Shown here piece by piece: positions 54,657-64,000 of a stretch of 64,000 bases of DNA. Source of the stretch: a virus. The DNA lies in the IMG/VR virus record IMGVR_UViG_3300027763_000032, positions 32,001-96,000 of that record, one strand, 5' to 3'. The translations under genes and the position numbers were made by a program. Numbering within the stretch: position 1 is the stretch's first letter; each line of letters begins with the position of its first letter. The notes under the pieces were generated by a model that had not been told where the DNA came from, did no database searches, and worked only from the letters and a program-made list of their open reading frames with translations.

Positions 54657-55129
54657 CAGAAATACATGCAAAGCCCGTTGTTGACGGTAAATTTTGGATT
54701 GTGGAACAAGATGAGAATAAAGTCGGTGTTCTAAAATTAACTGAGCAAAAGAAATTTGTCTTTAGTTCAAAAGATACTATTACGGTATTTGACACTAAGA
54801 AAAAATTGTTTGAGGCATTTGGATCAAATTTCTTTGTAGCTAAAAAGAAAAATGAAGAAGTTGAGGATCTAGACAGAGAAGTACACGGGTATCCAACAAG
54901 TAGTGCTCCTTACAATCCCATGTATGATGTAAAGAAACATTTACCACTCTTTACTAAAAGTAACAAATCAAAATCAGTTTATTGTGCAGGCTACTACATT
55001 ATCAAATTTGATAAAGGTTGGGTTAAGAGTTTTTGTCCTAAACTTATAACTGTTGAGCGTTATCAGTATGAAGGTCCATTTAAAACTGAAATGGAAATGA
55101 AACATAGGTTAAACAATGCAAACAGATAA
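54653..55129 (+). CDS. Hypothetical protein
   Basis: Coupled ORF. Confidence 0.7.
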   Translation: MTEIHAKPVVDGKFWIVEQDENKVGVLKLTEQKKFVFSSKDTITVFDTKKKLFEAFGSNFFVAKKKNEEVEDLDREVHGYPTSSAPYNPMYDVKKHLPLFTKSNKSKSVYCAGYYIIKFDKGWVKSFCPKLITVERYQYEGPFKTEMEMKHRLNNANR

Positions 55130-55358
55130 GATTAATACAACTGTATTGACACAGTTTATGAATCAGGTCAAGGCCGCAGATACTGCTAATCAAAGAGAAA
55201 TTAGATTAGACATTGCCACTGCTAAAAACATTACACATACATTAGCAGTGGTAATGACTAGACTAGCAGGCAACTATGAAGGGCTAATGCAAGCACAGAC
55301 TAAGGAAGAACCAGTAATTACTGTTCAAATGGACGGTGGAATGTGGGCCGAAAAGTGA
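55116..55358 (+). CDS. Hypothetical protein
   Basis: Overlapping ORF. Confidence 0.65.
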   Translation: MQTDKINTTVLTQFMNQVKAADTANQREIRLDIATAKNITHTLAVVMTRLAGNYEGLMQAQTKEEPVITVQMDGGMWAEK

Positions 55359-55369
55359 TGTAAGTGCGA

Positions 55370-55375
55370 TAAATA
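55370..55375 (+). promoter_or_regulatory. Late promoter core (TAAATA)
   Basis: gaTAAATAt before 55397. Confidence 0.5.
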
Positions 55376-55396
55376 TATACGTAGTTATTCGGAGAT

Positions 55397-55690
55397 ATGT
55401 ATATTATGAGTCGACCTAAACCAACAGTAGTACTTGAAAGCGTTAATAAAAAAACGTATAAGAGTGATCAAATCCTGGAAGCGGAAGCTATTTGGGCCGT
55501 TTTCCATTTAGGAAAACCGTTTAACTTAAAAAGTCAAAACAGTCTAAGTGGTTATCCGGGTAGCAAGTATAAGAAAGTCAGTTTTTCAAATCCTGGCCAT
55601 GCACATAATCTTGCTAAAAAATTAAACACTTTATTCAATAGCAAAGACTTTGCTGTTTATAAACTAACAACTGGTGAAGAAATAAAGTGA
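55397..55690 (+). CDS. Hypothetical protein
   Basis: ggag SD; MSRPKPTVVLE. Confidence 0.7.
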   Translation: MYIMSRPKPTVVLESVNKKTYKSDQILEAEAIWAVFHLGKPFNLKSQNSLSGYPGSKYKKVSFSNPGHAHNLAKKLNTLFNSKDFAVYKLTTGEEIK

Positions 55691-56082
55691 ACAGAAAAAC
55701 CTACACTAAAATATTCTTAAAACAAGCCGATGTGGCTTTGACTGAAGAAAACATTAGTGCTAGTATGCGAGTGTGGTGGCAAAACAACAGAACCAAAAGT
55801 GAAGGCGGTCTACGTCTAACCGAAAAAGGTTTGGACTTTGTAAGAACCACTTTGGATTTGGCTGTTTACGAAGTTCCCTTTCCAACCGGATTCGATTTGA
55901 AACCACAAGTAATTATATTTTTGGACAGATTTATTGACTGTCCATATTTCTTAACAGACCGCTCAATAACAGTACTTTCGGAAAGAAAGTGTTTTGAGTT
56001 GTACCTATTTAATGGTGATGTCCAAAAATACGGAATCACCAAAGCCATGCGTAGCAAAAAAGCCACAGACGAAAATAGTTAA
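55687..56082 (+). CDS. Hypothetical protein
   Basis: GGLRLTEKG (winged-helix-like wing motif). Confidence 0.65.
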   Translation: MNRKTYTKIFLKQADVALTEENISASMRVWWQNNRTKSEGGLRLTEKGLDFVRTTLDLAVYEVPFPTGFDLKPQVIIFLDRFIDCPYFLTDRSITVLSERKCFELYLFNGDVQKYGITKAMRSKKATDENS

Positions 56083-56090
56083 AAAAGTTC

Positions 56091-56119
56091 TTGACTTTTC
56101 TAGCGTTTTGCGTTATAAT
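56091..56119 (+). promoter_or_regulatory. Sigma70-like promoter
   Basis: TTGACT(56091)-17 bp-TATAAT(56114). Confidence 0.8.
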
Positions 56120-56171
56120 ACTAATACTGCGAAACAAAAGCAGACTAATTTTTTAACACACAGGAGCTAGT

Positions 56172-57266
56172 ATGGCAAAAGCAGAAGTTATCAATCGTCA
56201 AGTGAGCCCGAACGGTGCGAAGAACGCTATTCGTAAGGCATTTAAGAAACAGCGTCCATTGTTCCTCTGGGGTCCCCCAGGCATTGGTAAGTCTGATGTC
56301 ATTCATCAGTTAGGCGCAGAAATGGATGCTCATGTTATTGACATTCGTTTGAGTCTTTGGGAACCTACCGACATTAAGGGTATTCCTTACTTTGATAGCA
56401 ACTCAGGTACTATGGTTTGGGGTAGCCCAAGCGAACTGCCTACAAAAGAGTTTGCTTCTAAATTCCCCCACGTTATTTTGTTCTTAGACGAAATGAACTC
56501 TGCGGCTCCTAGCGTACAAGCGGCGGCTTATCAGTTGATTTTGAATCGTCGTGTTGGACAATATCATTTGCCAGATAACGTTCTTATTGTTGCGGCTGGT
56601 AACCGTGAAGCAGATAAGGGTGTTACTTACCGTATGCCTGCTCCGTTGGCTAACCGTTTTGTTCACTTGGAAATGCGTGTAGATTTTGATGACTGGTCAC
56701 AATGGGCTACTGTAAACAAAGTACATCCAGATGTGGTCGGTTACTGCACCTTTGCTAAGAAAGACCTGTACGACTTTGATCCAAAGTCTAGCTCACGTGC
56801 CTTTGCTACTCCACGTAGCTGGTCCTTTGTTAGCGAACTGTTGGAAGATGACGACACTAGCAACGACACATTGACCGATTTGATTGCGGGTGCGGTAGGA
56901 GAAGGTTTGGCTATTAAATTTATGGCTCATCGTAAGATTAGCTCTAAACTGCCTAAGCCAGAAGACATCCTTGCAGGCAAAGTTAAGAAAATGGAAACTA
57001 AGGAAATTAGTGCCATGTATTCTTTGACTGTGTCATTGTGCTATGAGCTCAAAGATGCGGCTGACAAGAATGACAAGAAGTTTAACGACAAAGTCAACTA
57101 CTTCTTCCAATTTATGATGGACAATTTTGAAACTGAATTGGTTGTGATGGGTACTAAACTTGCTCTTACCCAATACCAGTTGCCGTTGGATCCAGATGAG
57201 ATTGCATGTTTTGATGACTTCCATACTAAGTTTGGCAAGTACATTGCGGCGGCTCAAACTAAGTAA
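56172..57266 (+). CDS. MoxR-like AAA+ ATPase
   Basis: GPPGIGKS, DIRLS, LFLDEMN, AAGN, LANRF. Confidence 0.88.
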   Translation: MAKAEVINRQVSPNGAKNAIRKAFKKQRPLFLWGPPGIGKSDVIHQLGAEMDAHVIDIRLSLWEPTDIKGIPYFDSNSGTMVWGSPSELPTKEFASKFPHVILFLDEMNSAAPSVQAAAYQLILNRRVGQYHLPDNVLIVAAGNREADKGVTYRMPAPLANRFVHLEMRVDFDDWSQWATVNKVHPDVVGYCTFAKKDLYDFDPKSSSRAFATPRSWSFVSELLEDDDTSNDTLTDLIAGAVGEGLAIKFMAHRKISSKLPKPEDILAGKVKKMETKEISAMYSLTVSLCYELKDAADKNDKKFNDKVNYFFQFMMDNFETELVVMGTKLALTQYQLPLDPDEIACFDDFHTKFGKYIAAAQTK

Positions 57267-57272
57267 CCAAAA

Positions 57273-57300
57273 ATAAAAGGTGTAGAAATGCACCTTTTAT
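57273..57300 (+). terminator. Intrinsic terminator-like hairpin
   Basis: ataaaaggtg-tagaaatg-caccttttat. Confidence 0.7.
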
Positions 57301-57301
57301 C

Positions 57302-57330
57302 TTGACTTTTATATAGAATGACTGTATAAT
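57302..57330 (+). promoter_or_regulatory. Sigma70-like promoter
   Basis: TTGACT(57302)-17 bp-TATAAT(57325). Confidence 0.8.
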
Positions 57331-57361
57331 ACATATATACAGTAAAACACTAGGAGCAAAA

Positions 57362-58540
57362 ATGGCACATAGTACCGATCCAATTATTGATAAAATTGTA
57401 GTAGCCCGAGTAGGTCTATTACTCCGCCACCCATTCTTTGGTAATATGGCAACTCGCATGAAGCTTATTGACGCTAGCGATTGGTTGCCTACTGCCGCTA
57501 CTGACTTCCGTAACTTCTACTTTAACCGCGAGTTTTTTGACAAGATGACTCCGCGTCAAGTTGAGTTTGTTGTTGCACACGAAATCTTGCATTGCGTATT
57601 TGACCATATGATGCGTAACGAAGGTCGTGAAAAACAAATTTGGAACATTGCCGCTGACTATTGTGTTAACGGTATTTTGAAACGTGACCGTATTGGTGAT
57701 GATCCTCCTGTCAAGTTCTTTTATGATCGCAAGTACGACAACTGGTCAGCTGAACAAGTATATGACGAAATCTTTAATAAGTATGATGAAGAACAACTTA
57801 ACCAATTAGGTCAGATGTTAGATCATCATATGGATCCAGAAGGCGGCAAAGATGGACAGCCTCAGTATTCTAAAGACGAGTTAAAAAAGATCCGCGACGA
57901 GATCAAAGAAGCAATGATTCAAAGTGCCAATGCCGCAGGTGCAGGTAATGTGCCAGGTGAAATTGCACGTATGATCAAAGACATGACTGAGCCTAAAATG
58001 GATTGGCGCGAGATGTTGCGTATGAATATCCAAAGTCTTGTTAAGAATGACTTTAGTTTTAGCCGTCCTAACCGTAAAGGTCAAATGACTGGTGCTGTAT
58101 TGCCCGGTTGTAATTTTGACACTAGCATTGACGTATGCGTAGCACTTGACATGTCAGGTTCTATTAGCGATGAAATGGGTGCGGATTTCTTAGGTGAAGT
58201 CAAAGGCATTATGCAAGAGTTTAAAGATTTTAATATTAAGATTTGGTGTTTTGATACCAAAGTCTATAATGAGCAAGACTATGACTCTTACAACGGCGAT
58301 GAGATTGACGAATACGAAATCATGGGCGGTGGCGGTACAGAATTTGACTGTAACTGGGACTACATGAAGGAACATGATATTCGTCCTAAGAAGTTTATTA
58401 TGTTTACAGACGGTTATCCTTGGAGTTCATGGGGTGACGAAGACTACTGTGATACAATCTTTGTTATCCACGGTAACGACACTATTGTTCCCCCATTTGG
58501 TAGCTATGCCTACTACGATATGGAAACGTCAACTGCCTAA
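57362..58540 (+). CDS. Metallopeptidase-like (HExxH) plus vWA domain protein, MoxR partner
   Basis: VAHEILH...WNIAADY; vWA MIDAS LDMSGS, GGGGT, FTDG. Confidence 0.85.
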   Translation: MAHSTDPIIDKIVVARVGLLLRHPFFGNMATRMKLIDASDWLPTAATDFRNFYFNREFFDKMTPRQVEFVVAHEILHCVFDHMMRNEGREKQIWNIAADYCVNGILKRDRIGDDPPVKFFYDRKYDNWSAEQVYDEIFNKYDEEQLNQLGQMLDHHMDPEGGKDGQPQYSKDELKKIRDEIKEAMIQSANAAGAGNVPGEIARMIKDMTEPKMDWREMLRMNIQSLVKNDFSFSRPNRKGQMTGAVLPGCNFDTSIDVCVALDMSGSISDEMGADFLGEVKGIMQEFKDFNIKIWCFDTKVYNEQDYDSYNGDEIDEYEIMGGGGTEFDCNWDYMKEHDIRPKKFIMFTDGYPWSSWGDEDYCDTIFVIHGNDTIVPPFGSYAYYDMETSTA

Positions 58541-58824
58541 TGTTATCGCTAGATAAGATTAATCCCCTTAATGTATTAGGGTGCAGGGAGGTCGGTGATC
58601 CTCCTCCCCATTTCCATTATCTCCAATTAAATCTCAAGTATAATATAGTAGAATCTGTTAGACAATGGATTTACGAAAATCTGCATAGTAGATTCTATCT
58701 AGGAGAGAGTTTACAACTTGATGAGAATCAATTTACAATAAAAATCAAAATTGGATTTGAAGAGCCAAAAGAAGCCAGTTTCTTTTTGCTTGCTTGTCCA
58801 CTTTTAAAGTATACAAATCATTAA
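58540..58824 (+). CDS. Hypothetical protein
   Basis: Coupled ORF. Confidence 0.65.
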   Translation: MLSLDKINPLNVLGCREVGDPPPHFHYLQLNLKYNIVESVRQWIYENLHSRFYLGESLQLDENQFTIKIKIGFEEPKEASFFLLACPLLKYTNH

Positions 58825-58863
58825 AGTGATATATAATAGTACTTACAACCAAAGGAGTAAAAC

Positions 58864-59094
58864 ATGACTGAAACAACTACACAACCAGAAGCACAAACTA
58901 CACCAGAAGCACCAGCATCTGTAGATTTAACTGTACAAGACCTTGCAGGCCTACGTTCAGTAATCGATGTAGCAAGTTCACGTGGCGCATTTAAAGCCGC
59001 TGAGATGGAAGCTGTTGGAAAATTATTCAATAAGCTAAATGCATTCTTGGACCAAGTAGCTAAACAACAGCCTGCCCCAGCAGAAGGACAATAA
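58864..59094 (+). CDS. Hypothetical protein
   Basis: aaggag SD. Confidence 0.7.
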   Translation: MTETTTQPEAQTTPEAPASVDLTVQDLAGLRSVIDVASSRGAFKAAEMEAVGKLFNKLNAFLDQVAKQQPAPAEGQ

Positions 59095-59098
59095 TCTA

Positions 59099-59713
59099 AT
59101 GGCCGATATCAAACACATTGGAAGGTTCAAATCAAACGGACGTAAATGTCTGATTGCATATAGAACACTGCCCGGTGAAAGTGATTCTGCATTAGTTATC
59201 CAAACTGAAAATTTGACTGACGAAAATCACGACTCACTAATGAAGTTAGTTGAGTCGCAAGGTGCTCAATCAAGTTATGAATTTGCAGAGGTCCTGGCAC
59301 GAACAAGATTCCAAGACGGTAGCATTATGCTATCTAACTTGCATAGTAATAAAAAATTACTTAAAGTAAAAACCAGCGAGATCGAAGTAGTTCCAAATAT
59401 GAAGGCTGTTATTAGTTTAGATCAACTAAATCAACTAATTGCTGAACAAAAAGGAATTAGTGTTAACGATCTAGCATTAGGTAATCAAACATCTGTGCAA
59501 GACGTTGCTAAAGTAAATGATCTAACAGTTGAAGAAGAAACTGTTCCACAAAAAGCATTTGAAACTAAACAATTAGATCAGCCACTTACTGATACTGACC
59601 TTGCAAAGAAATATCGTTCCGATGCAGATCGTCTGAGCAAGGAAGCCGCTCAACTTCGTAGGATGGCTGAAGAGCTAGTTCCAACAAAGAAGAAAGCTGC
59701 CGTTGACGAGTGA
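59099..59713 (+). CDS. Hypothetical protein
   Basis: 204-aa ORF with a coiled-coil C-terminus. Confidence 0.7.
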   Translation: MADIKHIGRFKSNGRKCLIAYRTLPGESDSALVIQTENLTDENHDSLMKLVESQGAQSSYEFAEVLARTRFQDGSIMLSNLHSNKKLLKVKTSEIEVVPNMKAVISLDQLNQLIAEQKGISVNDLALGNQTSVQDVAKVNDLTVEEETVPQKAFETKQLDQPLTDTDLAKKYRSDADRLSKEAAQLRRMAEELVPTKKKAAVDE

Positions 59714-60030
59714 CAAAAAAGTCTTTGCCAAAAGACGTAGTTGAGTCGTGGCCAGAGATTTTTAGTGATATAGATGTTCGTGCAATACCGTTAGAGTATC
59801 TTGATTCCATACGGATCATTTTTGAAAACGGTAAAGTATGGGATATAGACATTGCCAAATATGCTAAACACTCTGGTGAAGATGACTTAGAAGGCCATCT
59901 TAAAGAACTACTCAGCAACTACGAAGAGTCTATACAACATATAGACTTTCGCTTAGATGTCGCTAAAGTTAAAAAAGATGTGATAAAACAAACTAAGAGT
60001 TTTCTTAAAAAACCGAAAAGAGAAAAATGA
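59710..60030 (+). CDS. Hypothetical protein
   Basis: GTGA-coupled. Confidence 0.65.
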   Translation: MTKKSLPKDVVESWPEIFSDIDVRAIPLEYLDSIRIIFENGKVWDIDIAKYAKHSGEDDLEGHLKELLSNYEESIQHIDFRLDVAKVKKDVIKQTKSFLKKPKREK

Positions 60031-60563
60031 TAGCAGGAATGTTTGCAGTAGATAGTGTTGGGGGAATGGGATGGAAAGGTTCAATGCCTTGGCCTAATAA
60101 CCCCGACGATATGAAATGGTTTAAAGCCACTACACAAAATCAAATTGTTGTCATGGGTAGAAAGACTTGGGATAGTCCCGATATGCCAAGTCCGCTACCA
60201 GGAAGACATAATGTAGTGTTTACTAACAACTTTTTTGATCAAGACGATATTGAACAAATACGTGGCGATGTATGCGAAGCATTAGTCAGTTTAAAAAGCC
60301 ACAATAAAAGAAAAAATATTTTTGTTATAGGTGGTCCAAATTTGCTTATGCAAAGTAGACCTGTACTTGAAAGAGTGTATCTTACTCGAATTTCAGGTGG
60401 ATACTTAAATGACACAACTATTGACCTAGTGGATTTTCTAGACGGAATGGTATTACACCAAACTGTTAATCTTGGATCTTGTATAGTAGAAGAATATCAT
60501 AATGAAGCAATATCATCAAGCGTTAAAGCATATACTAATAAACGGAAAAAACAAGACCGATAG
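60027..60563 (+). CDS. folA: Dihydrofolate reductase
   Basis: GGMGWKGSMPW...DDMKWFK...VVMGRKTWDS..LPGRHNVV...VIGG. Confidence 0.92.
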   Translation: MIAGMFAVDSVGGMGWKGSMPWPNNPDDMKWFKATTQNQIVVMGRKTWDSPDMPSPLPGRHNVVFTNNFFDQDDIEQIRGDVCEALVSLKSHNKRKNIFVIGGPNLLMQSRPVLERVYLTRISGGYLNDTTIDLVDFLDGMVLHQTVNLGSCIVEEYHNEAISSSVKAYTNKRKKQDR

Positions 60564-61329
60564 AACGGGGGTAGGAACCCGTAGCGTATTTGGTTATCAA
60601 ATGCGTTTTAATCTGCAAGAAGGTTTTCCAGCTACAACTACTAAGAAGCTCGCCTGGCGAGCGGTTGTAAGCGAACTCCTTTGGTTCTTAGAGGGCAGTG
60701 GTGACGAACGCCGGCTTGCGGAGATCCTACACGGTACTAGAGATTTATCTAAAACAACAATATGGACTGCCAATGCTAAAGCAGACTATTGGTTACCTAG
60801 AGCACACTTTGAAGGTGACCTAGGTCGCGTCTACGGAGTACAGTGGAGAGACTTTCTAGGTGTTGACCAAGTACAACGACTAATCGACGGTATTAAGAAC
60901 GACCCTAGCGGACGTAGACATATCCTTTCAGCATGGAATCCTGCCGAACTTACAGATATGGCGCTACCGCCATGTCATGTATTAAGTCAATTTGATGTGA
61001 CTGACGGTTATCTAAGCTGTCAAATGTATCAGCGTAGTTGCGATATGTTCTTAGGTGTACCTTTTAACATTGCCAGCTATAGTTTGCTAACACACATTAT
61101 CGCTCGCGAGTGCGGTCTTAAGGTGGGGGACTTTGTTTGGACTGGTGGTGACTGCCATATCTACAACAATCACTTTGAAGCTGTGGAAGTTCAGCTAGGC
61201 AGAGAACCTAAGCCATTACCTACACTAGTTTTTACAACAGGCAAAAAAATCGCCGACTATACTGTCGACGATTTTGTATTGGATAACTATAATCCAGATC
61301 CAGCTATTAAAGCTGAAATGGCTGTTTAA
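60502..61329 (+). CDS. thyA: Thymidylate synthase
   Basis: DRTGVGT, ELLWFL, LPPCH, YQRSCDMFLGVPFN, HIYNNH. Confidence 0.96.
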   Translation: MKQYHQALKHILINGKNKTDRTGVGTRSVFGYQMRFNLQEGFPATTTKKLAWRAVVSELLWFLEGSGDERRLAEILHGTRDLSKTTIWTANAKADYWLPRAHFEGDLGRVYGVQWRDFLGVDQVQRLIDGIKNDPSGRRHILSAWNPAELTDMALPPCHVLSQFDVTDGYLSCQMYQRSCDMFLGVPFNIASYSLLTHIIARECGLKVGDFVWTGGDCHIYNNHFEAVEVQLGREPKPLPTLVFTTGKKIADYTVDDFVLDNYNPDPAIKAEMAV

Positions 61330-64000
61330 CGTATAAACGCTTCTATCACTTTAACTCCAGTATCATCACTAGATTCTAACGCAATAGCAAATACATCATT
61401 AGCATGTGGTACAGCGGCTACTGCACATCCGTCATTGGCAGCTACTAGTCGTTGACCTTTACGTACTGCGCCAATAACCTTAACAGGAACTCTTCCTTTT
61501 AGTGCAACTGCTACGCCACCTTCTAGATCTTTGTTCATTAGATAAGCAGGTTTATCACTAACGACACCAATTGCTAGATCACCGTAGCTACTAGCAGTAA
61601 CTTCTTTTTCACCACCAATAGTTAATACTGTTCCAACTTCATAGTCAGCATCTGGTAGATATTTTTCTGCCAAGTCAGCAAAATATGCTTCGTTAGCAAT
61701 ACCTATAAATCTATCAGCAGTAATTTCATTTGCACTAAAATTACCACTACTATTCCTAGCTACAATACTGCTTCCGACATTGCTTGAACTAGCATTAACG
61801 CCAATTGTAACATTGTCGCCGCCACCCGGTACATAAGGAAGAACACCTTCATTTAATGTTACATAATTGCCAGCAGTTAATTGTCCCACGTAGTTACCTG
61901 ATAGACTACCAGTTGAAATAGTAAAATTGTCAGCAAACTCAGCAGTAATAGTAATACCGCCTGAACCGTCAAATGATTGACTGCCTTTTAAGATGCCGCC
62001 TAATGTTATAGTTCTAGCTTGATGTAATTTGTCAGCTGTTGCGGCTTTACCGGTAAAGTAAGCACTAGTACCTGAGCCCGTTCCTTGACTTAAAACTACT
62101 GTTCCGTTTGGAGATAATACATCGCCGTTTACTCGAGCAATTACCGTTCCGTATCCGTTAACGCCATCGCCAAGTGTAAGTTTATTTTGGTTAGTATCAT
62201 ATGAGAATGTTGTTTGGTCAGCGTATATGCTTCTTGGCTGGCTTCCTGTGCCAGGCAATCCACCTGTAACAAATACAGGATAAAATGTTCCTACATCAGT
62301 TGGTTTGTCAGCAACTAAAATTTGAGAAGAATTACCTACACTAATCTGTGATAAATTTTTCCATTCAGGCACAGTTCCTGTGCTAGATAGTACATATCCA
62401 GCGGCGCCTATTGAAAGATAGTTGGTAGTATTAGCGGCTGTTTGATATGGTATGTCGCCAAGTGTACCGTCGGATAAGTTTTTAGCCTTAGTAGCTGTTG
62501 CCGCGTTACCGCCAATTCCGTTGCCGTTGTCTGTTGCTACAATAGTTAATGATCCTGCGCCCGCAACTGTTTGACTTGAAAAGGCAACAGTTAAAGTCTG
62601 TTGACCTAATGCAGGAGAATCAGCAACTATAGCAGTAATTGTTACTGTACCAGTGATTGCTGTACCTGTTACTTTGGCGCCTACTCTCCAATCAGCAAGA
62701 CCTTGGAAAGTCCACGGTGCCAAAGAAGTACCCGAACCAGTAAATGTATCAACAAGCACAGTTATTGTTAATGCAATATAGTCAATAGCTGTGACTTTTC
62801 CGGACATTGTTATAGTATCGCCGCTTTGTGCTTTAGTTATTTTAATCCTATCATTAACCTGCCAACCTGGTACTTTTTGTACTGTCCAAGTTTTAGAACC
62901 AGTACCTACAGTATTAGTAGTTACTGAAACAAGATCATCGTAGCCGTTACCTGTAGGCACACTACCCGTATTGGCAACTGTATTAACATTAGATACAACA
63001 ATAGTAGTAGACGTTGCCGCACCGCTTGTCCCTACTAGAGTAGCATTGGTATTAGTAAGAGAAATTGGAACAGCAGTTGGAGCAATATTGATATTCCAAG
63101 TAGAGTTAGCTGTTGCTCCCACACCGTCTGTACGCGGTACTTTAAGGTTAGATCTTGCCTGTGTATCAGTTGATGCGTTTGTTCCGCCTGCGGCAATACC
63201 TAAAATACCGCCAACACCAAATTTAGCATCAACATAAGACTTAGGCACAGCCTGTTGATCACTGGCAACTGCTCCAGTTAATGTAACTGTTGCAAATGTT
63301 GGATCAGTTGGTTTGCCAACTAGGTCAGTGTATTCAATGCTGATATTTGCACTGCCGTCAAACGGTTTGCCGTTAATATTTCTTGGGGTTTTTAATACTG
63401 TAGCAGTACTAGCATTACCTTCAAATGTTGTTGCAGAGATTGTGCTAGATCCGTCAAGATTTCTTTTACGTGCAACTAGTGTATCTCCACTATTTGTAGC
63501 CATAAAGCTAGCTTGTAGATACGATGTTCCGACTCTTAATGTATTAGCCTGTGTTGCGGTGCCATCAAAGTTTGTAGCATATACAGTAGCCCATTTAGCA
63601 TTAATACTGCCTAGGTTAAACCCAGAACTTGTTAGGTCTGGTCTAATACCAGCCTGATCAATTATTAATGGAAATACCGGTGTTGTATTTTGTTTAACTG
63701 AAAACGTAATACGCTGGCCGCCCAATCTAGCAGATATTTGTGGCTGATTGGCAATGACTTCAATTTTTAGATCGTCGTTTGCGCCTAAAGTGAGACCTTC
63801 ATCAACACTGACTTTAACTTGATATGGTAATGTTAATAAATTGTTTACTGGGCTTAGGTATTGATCTGGAGTTTTTCCGCCAAGACGTAGTGCATTTGAA
63901 ACTGTACCCCAAAGTCTATATGTTCCGCCGCCGTTAGATCCGCTTACGCCAACTGCATCAACGTTAGGGAATGTAATACCACGCTTAATTTGTTTAGAAG
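61326..64000 (-). CDS. Tail fibre-like protein, 5'-truncated by the window edge; C-terminal Peptidase G2-like chaperone domain
   Basis: Frame stays open from the TTG at 63725 to the window end (...LWGTVSNALRLGG...); C-terminus YFADLAEKYLPDADYEVGTV...VALKGRVPVKV. Confidence 0.8.
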   Translation of the reverse strand, partial: SKQIKRGITFPNVDAVGVSGSNGGGTYRLWGTVSNALRLGGKTPDQYLSPVNNLLTLPYQVKVSVDEGLTLGANDDLKIEVIANQPQISARLGGQRITFSVKQNTTPVFPLIIDQAGIRPDLTSSGFNLGSINAKWATVYATNFDGTATQANTLRVGTSYLQASFMATNSGDTLVARKRNLDGSSTISATTFEGNASTATVLKTPRNINGKPFDGSANISIEYTDLVGKPTDPTFATVTLTGAVASDQQAVPKSYVDAKFGVGGILGIAAGGTNASTDTQARSNLKVPRTDGVGATANSTWNINIAPTAVPISLTNTNATLVGTSGAATSTTIVVSNVNTVANTGSVPTGNGYDDLVSVTTNTVGTGSKTWTVQKVPGWQVNDRIKITKAQSGDTITMSGKVTAIDYIALTITVLVDTFTGSGTSLAPWTFQGLADWRVGAKVTGTAITGTVTITAIVADSPALGQQTLTVAFSSQTVAGAGSLTIVATDNGNGIGGNAATATKAKNLSDGTLGDIPYQTAANTTNYLSIGAAGYVLSSTGTVPEWKNLSQISVGNSSQILVADKPTDVGTFYPVFVTGGLPGTGSQPRSIYADQTTFSYDTNQNKLTLGDGVNGYGTVIARVNGDVLSPNGTVVLSQGTGSGTSAYFTGKAATADKLHQARTITLGGILKGSQSFDGSGGITITAEFADNFTISTGSLSGNYVGQLTAGNYVTLNEGVLPYVPGGGDNVTIGVNASSSNVGSSIVARNSSGNFSANEITADRFIGIANEAYFADLAEKYLPDADYEVGTVLTIGGEKEVTASSYGDLAIGVVSDKPAYLMNKDLEGGVAVALKGRVPVKVIGAVRKGQRLVAANDGCAVAAVPHANDVFAIALESSDDTGVKVIEAFIR

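Noticed and set aside
60502-61329. ThyA homologue acting as a dCMP hydroxymethylase (acceptor for the glycosyltransferase)
   Set aside because: It has the canonical dUMP-specifying Asn (PFNIASY) and sits next to DHFR
1-64000. CRISPR array or tRNA genes
   Set aside because: No regularly spaced identical repeats and no cloverleaf with a T-loop/CCA recognised; the intergenic gaps are short and accounted for
1-64000. Alternative genetic code (stop-codon recoding, as in some jumbo phages)
   Set aside because: Conserved genes (polB, clpA, thyA) are full length in the standard code, and TAA, TAG and TGA all end genes at expected positions

Overview
A 64-kb slice of a large (jumbo-type) T4-related myovirus genome. 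It uses the standard genetic code and is almost entirely on the + strand. A Gram-negative, probably proteobacterial, host is inferred from the spanin pair, 7Fe ferredoxin and desaturase. Order: (1) tail fibre and baseplate genes (1-12.6 kb, first gene cut by the window edge). (2) DnaE fragment, GroES, MazG-like protein, clamp loader, ferredoxin, APS-kinase/nucleotidyltransferase fusion and PhoH. (3) GH19 endolysin and spanin lysis cassette, DnaJ, ClpA. (4) A ~11-kb late cluster (26.1-37.5 kb) of proteins sharing a T4 capsid-targeting-like N-terminus (M-K/R-x-x-E/Q-L/F-x-(x)-E), including a Pol-beta-type nucleotidyltransferase, a KxDG ligase-like protein, a HIGH nucleotidyltransferase and a HAD phosphatase; Dps, a fatty-acid desaturase, a sulfotransferase and an unexplained structured RNA-like element lie within it. 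(5) GapR/DsbA-like protein, family-B DNA polymerase, probable sliding clamp. (6) A 7-deazaguanine DNA-modification region: DpdA/TGT-like, QueD-like, FolE and QueE, with no QueC in the window, plus an embedded glycosyltransferase, an unknown gene, PRTase, HIT, cupin, CDGSH protein and a nuclease-like gene. (7) RNase H/flap nuclease, MoxR/vWA pair, DHFR, ThyA, and a final minus-strand tail fibre running off the end. The top candidates for novel biology are the putative virion-packaged nucleotidyl-transfer/RNA-repair module and a possibly glycosylated 7-deazaguanine modification. All family assignments come from reading motifs by eye; no database searches were run.
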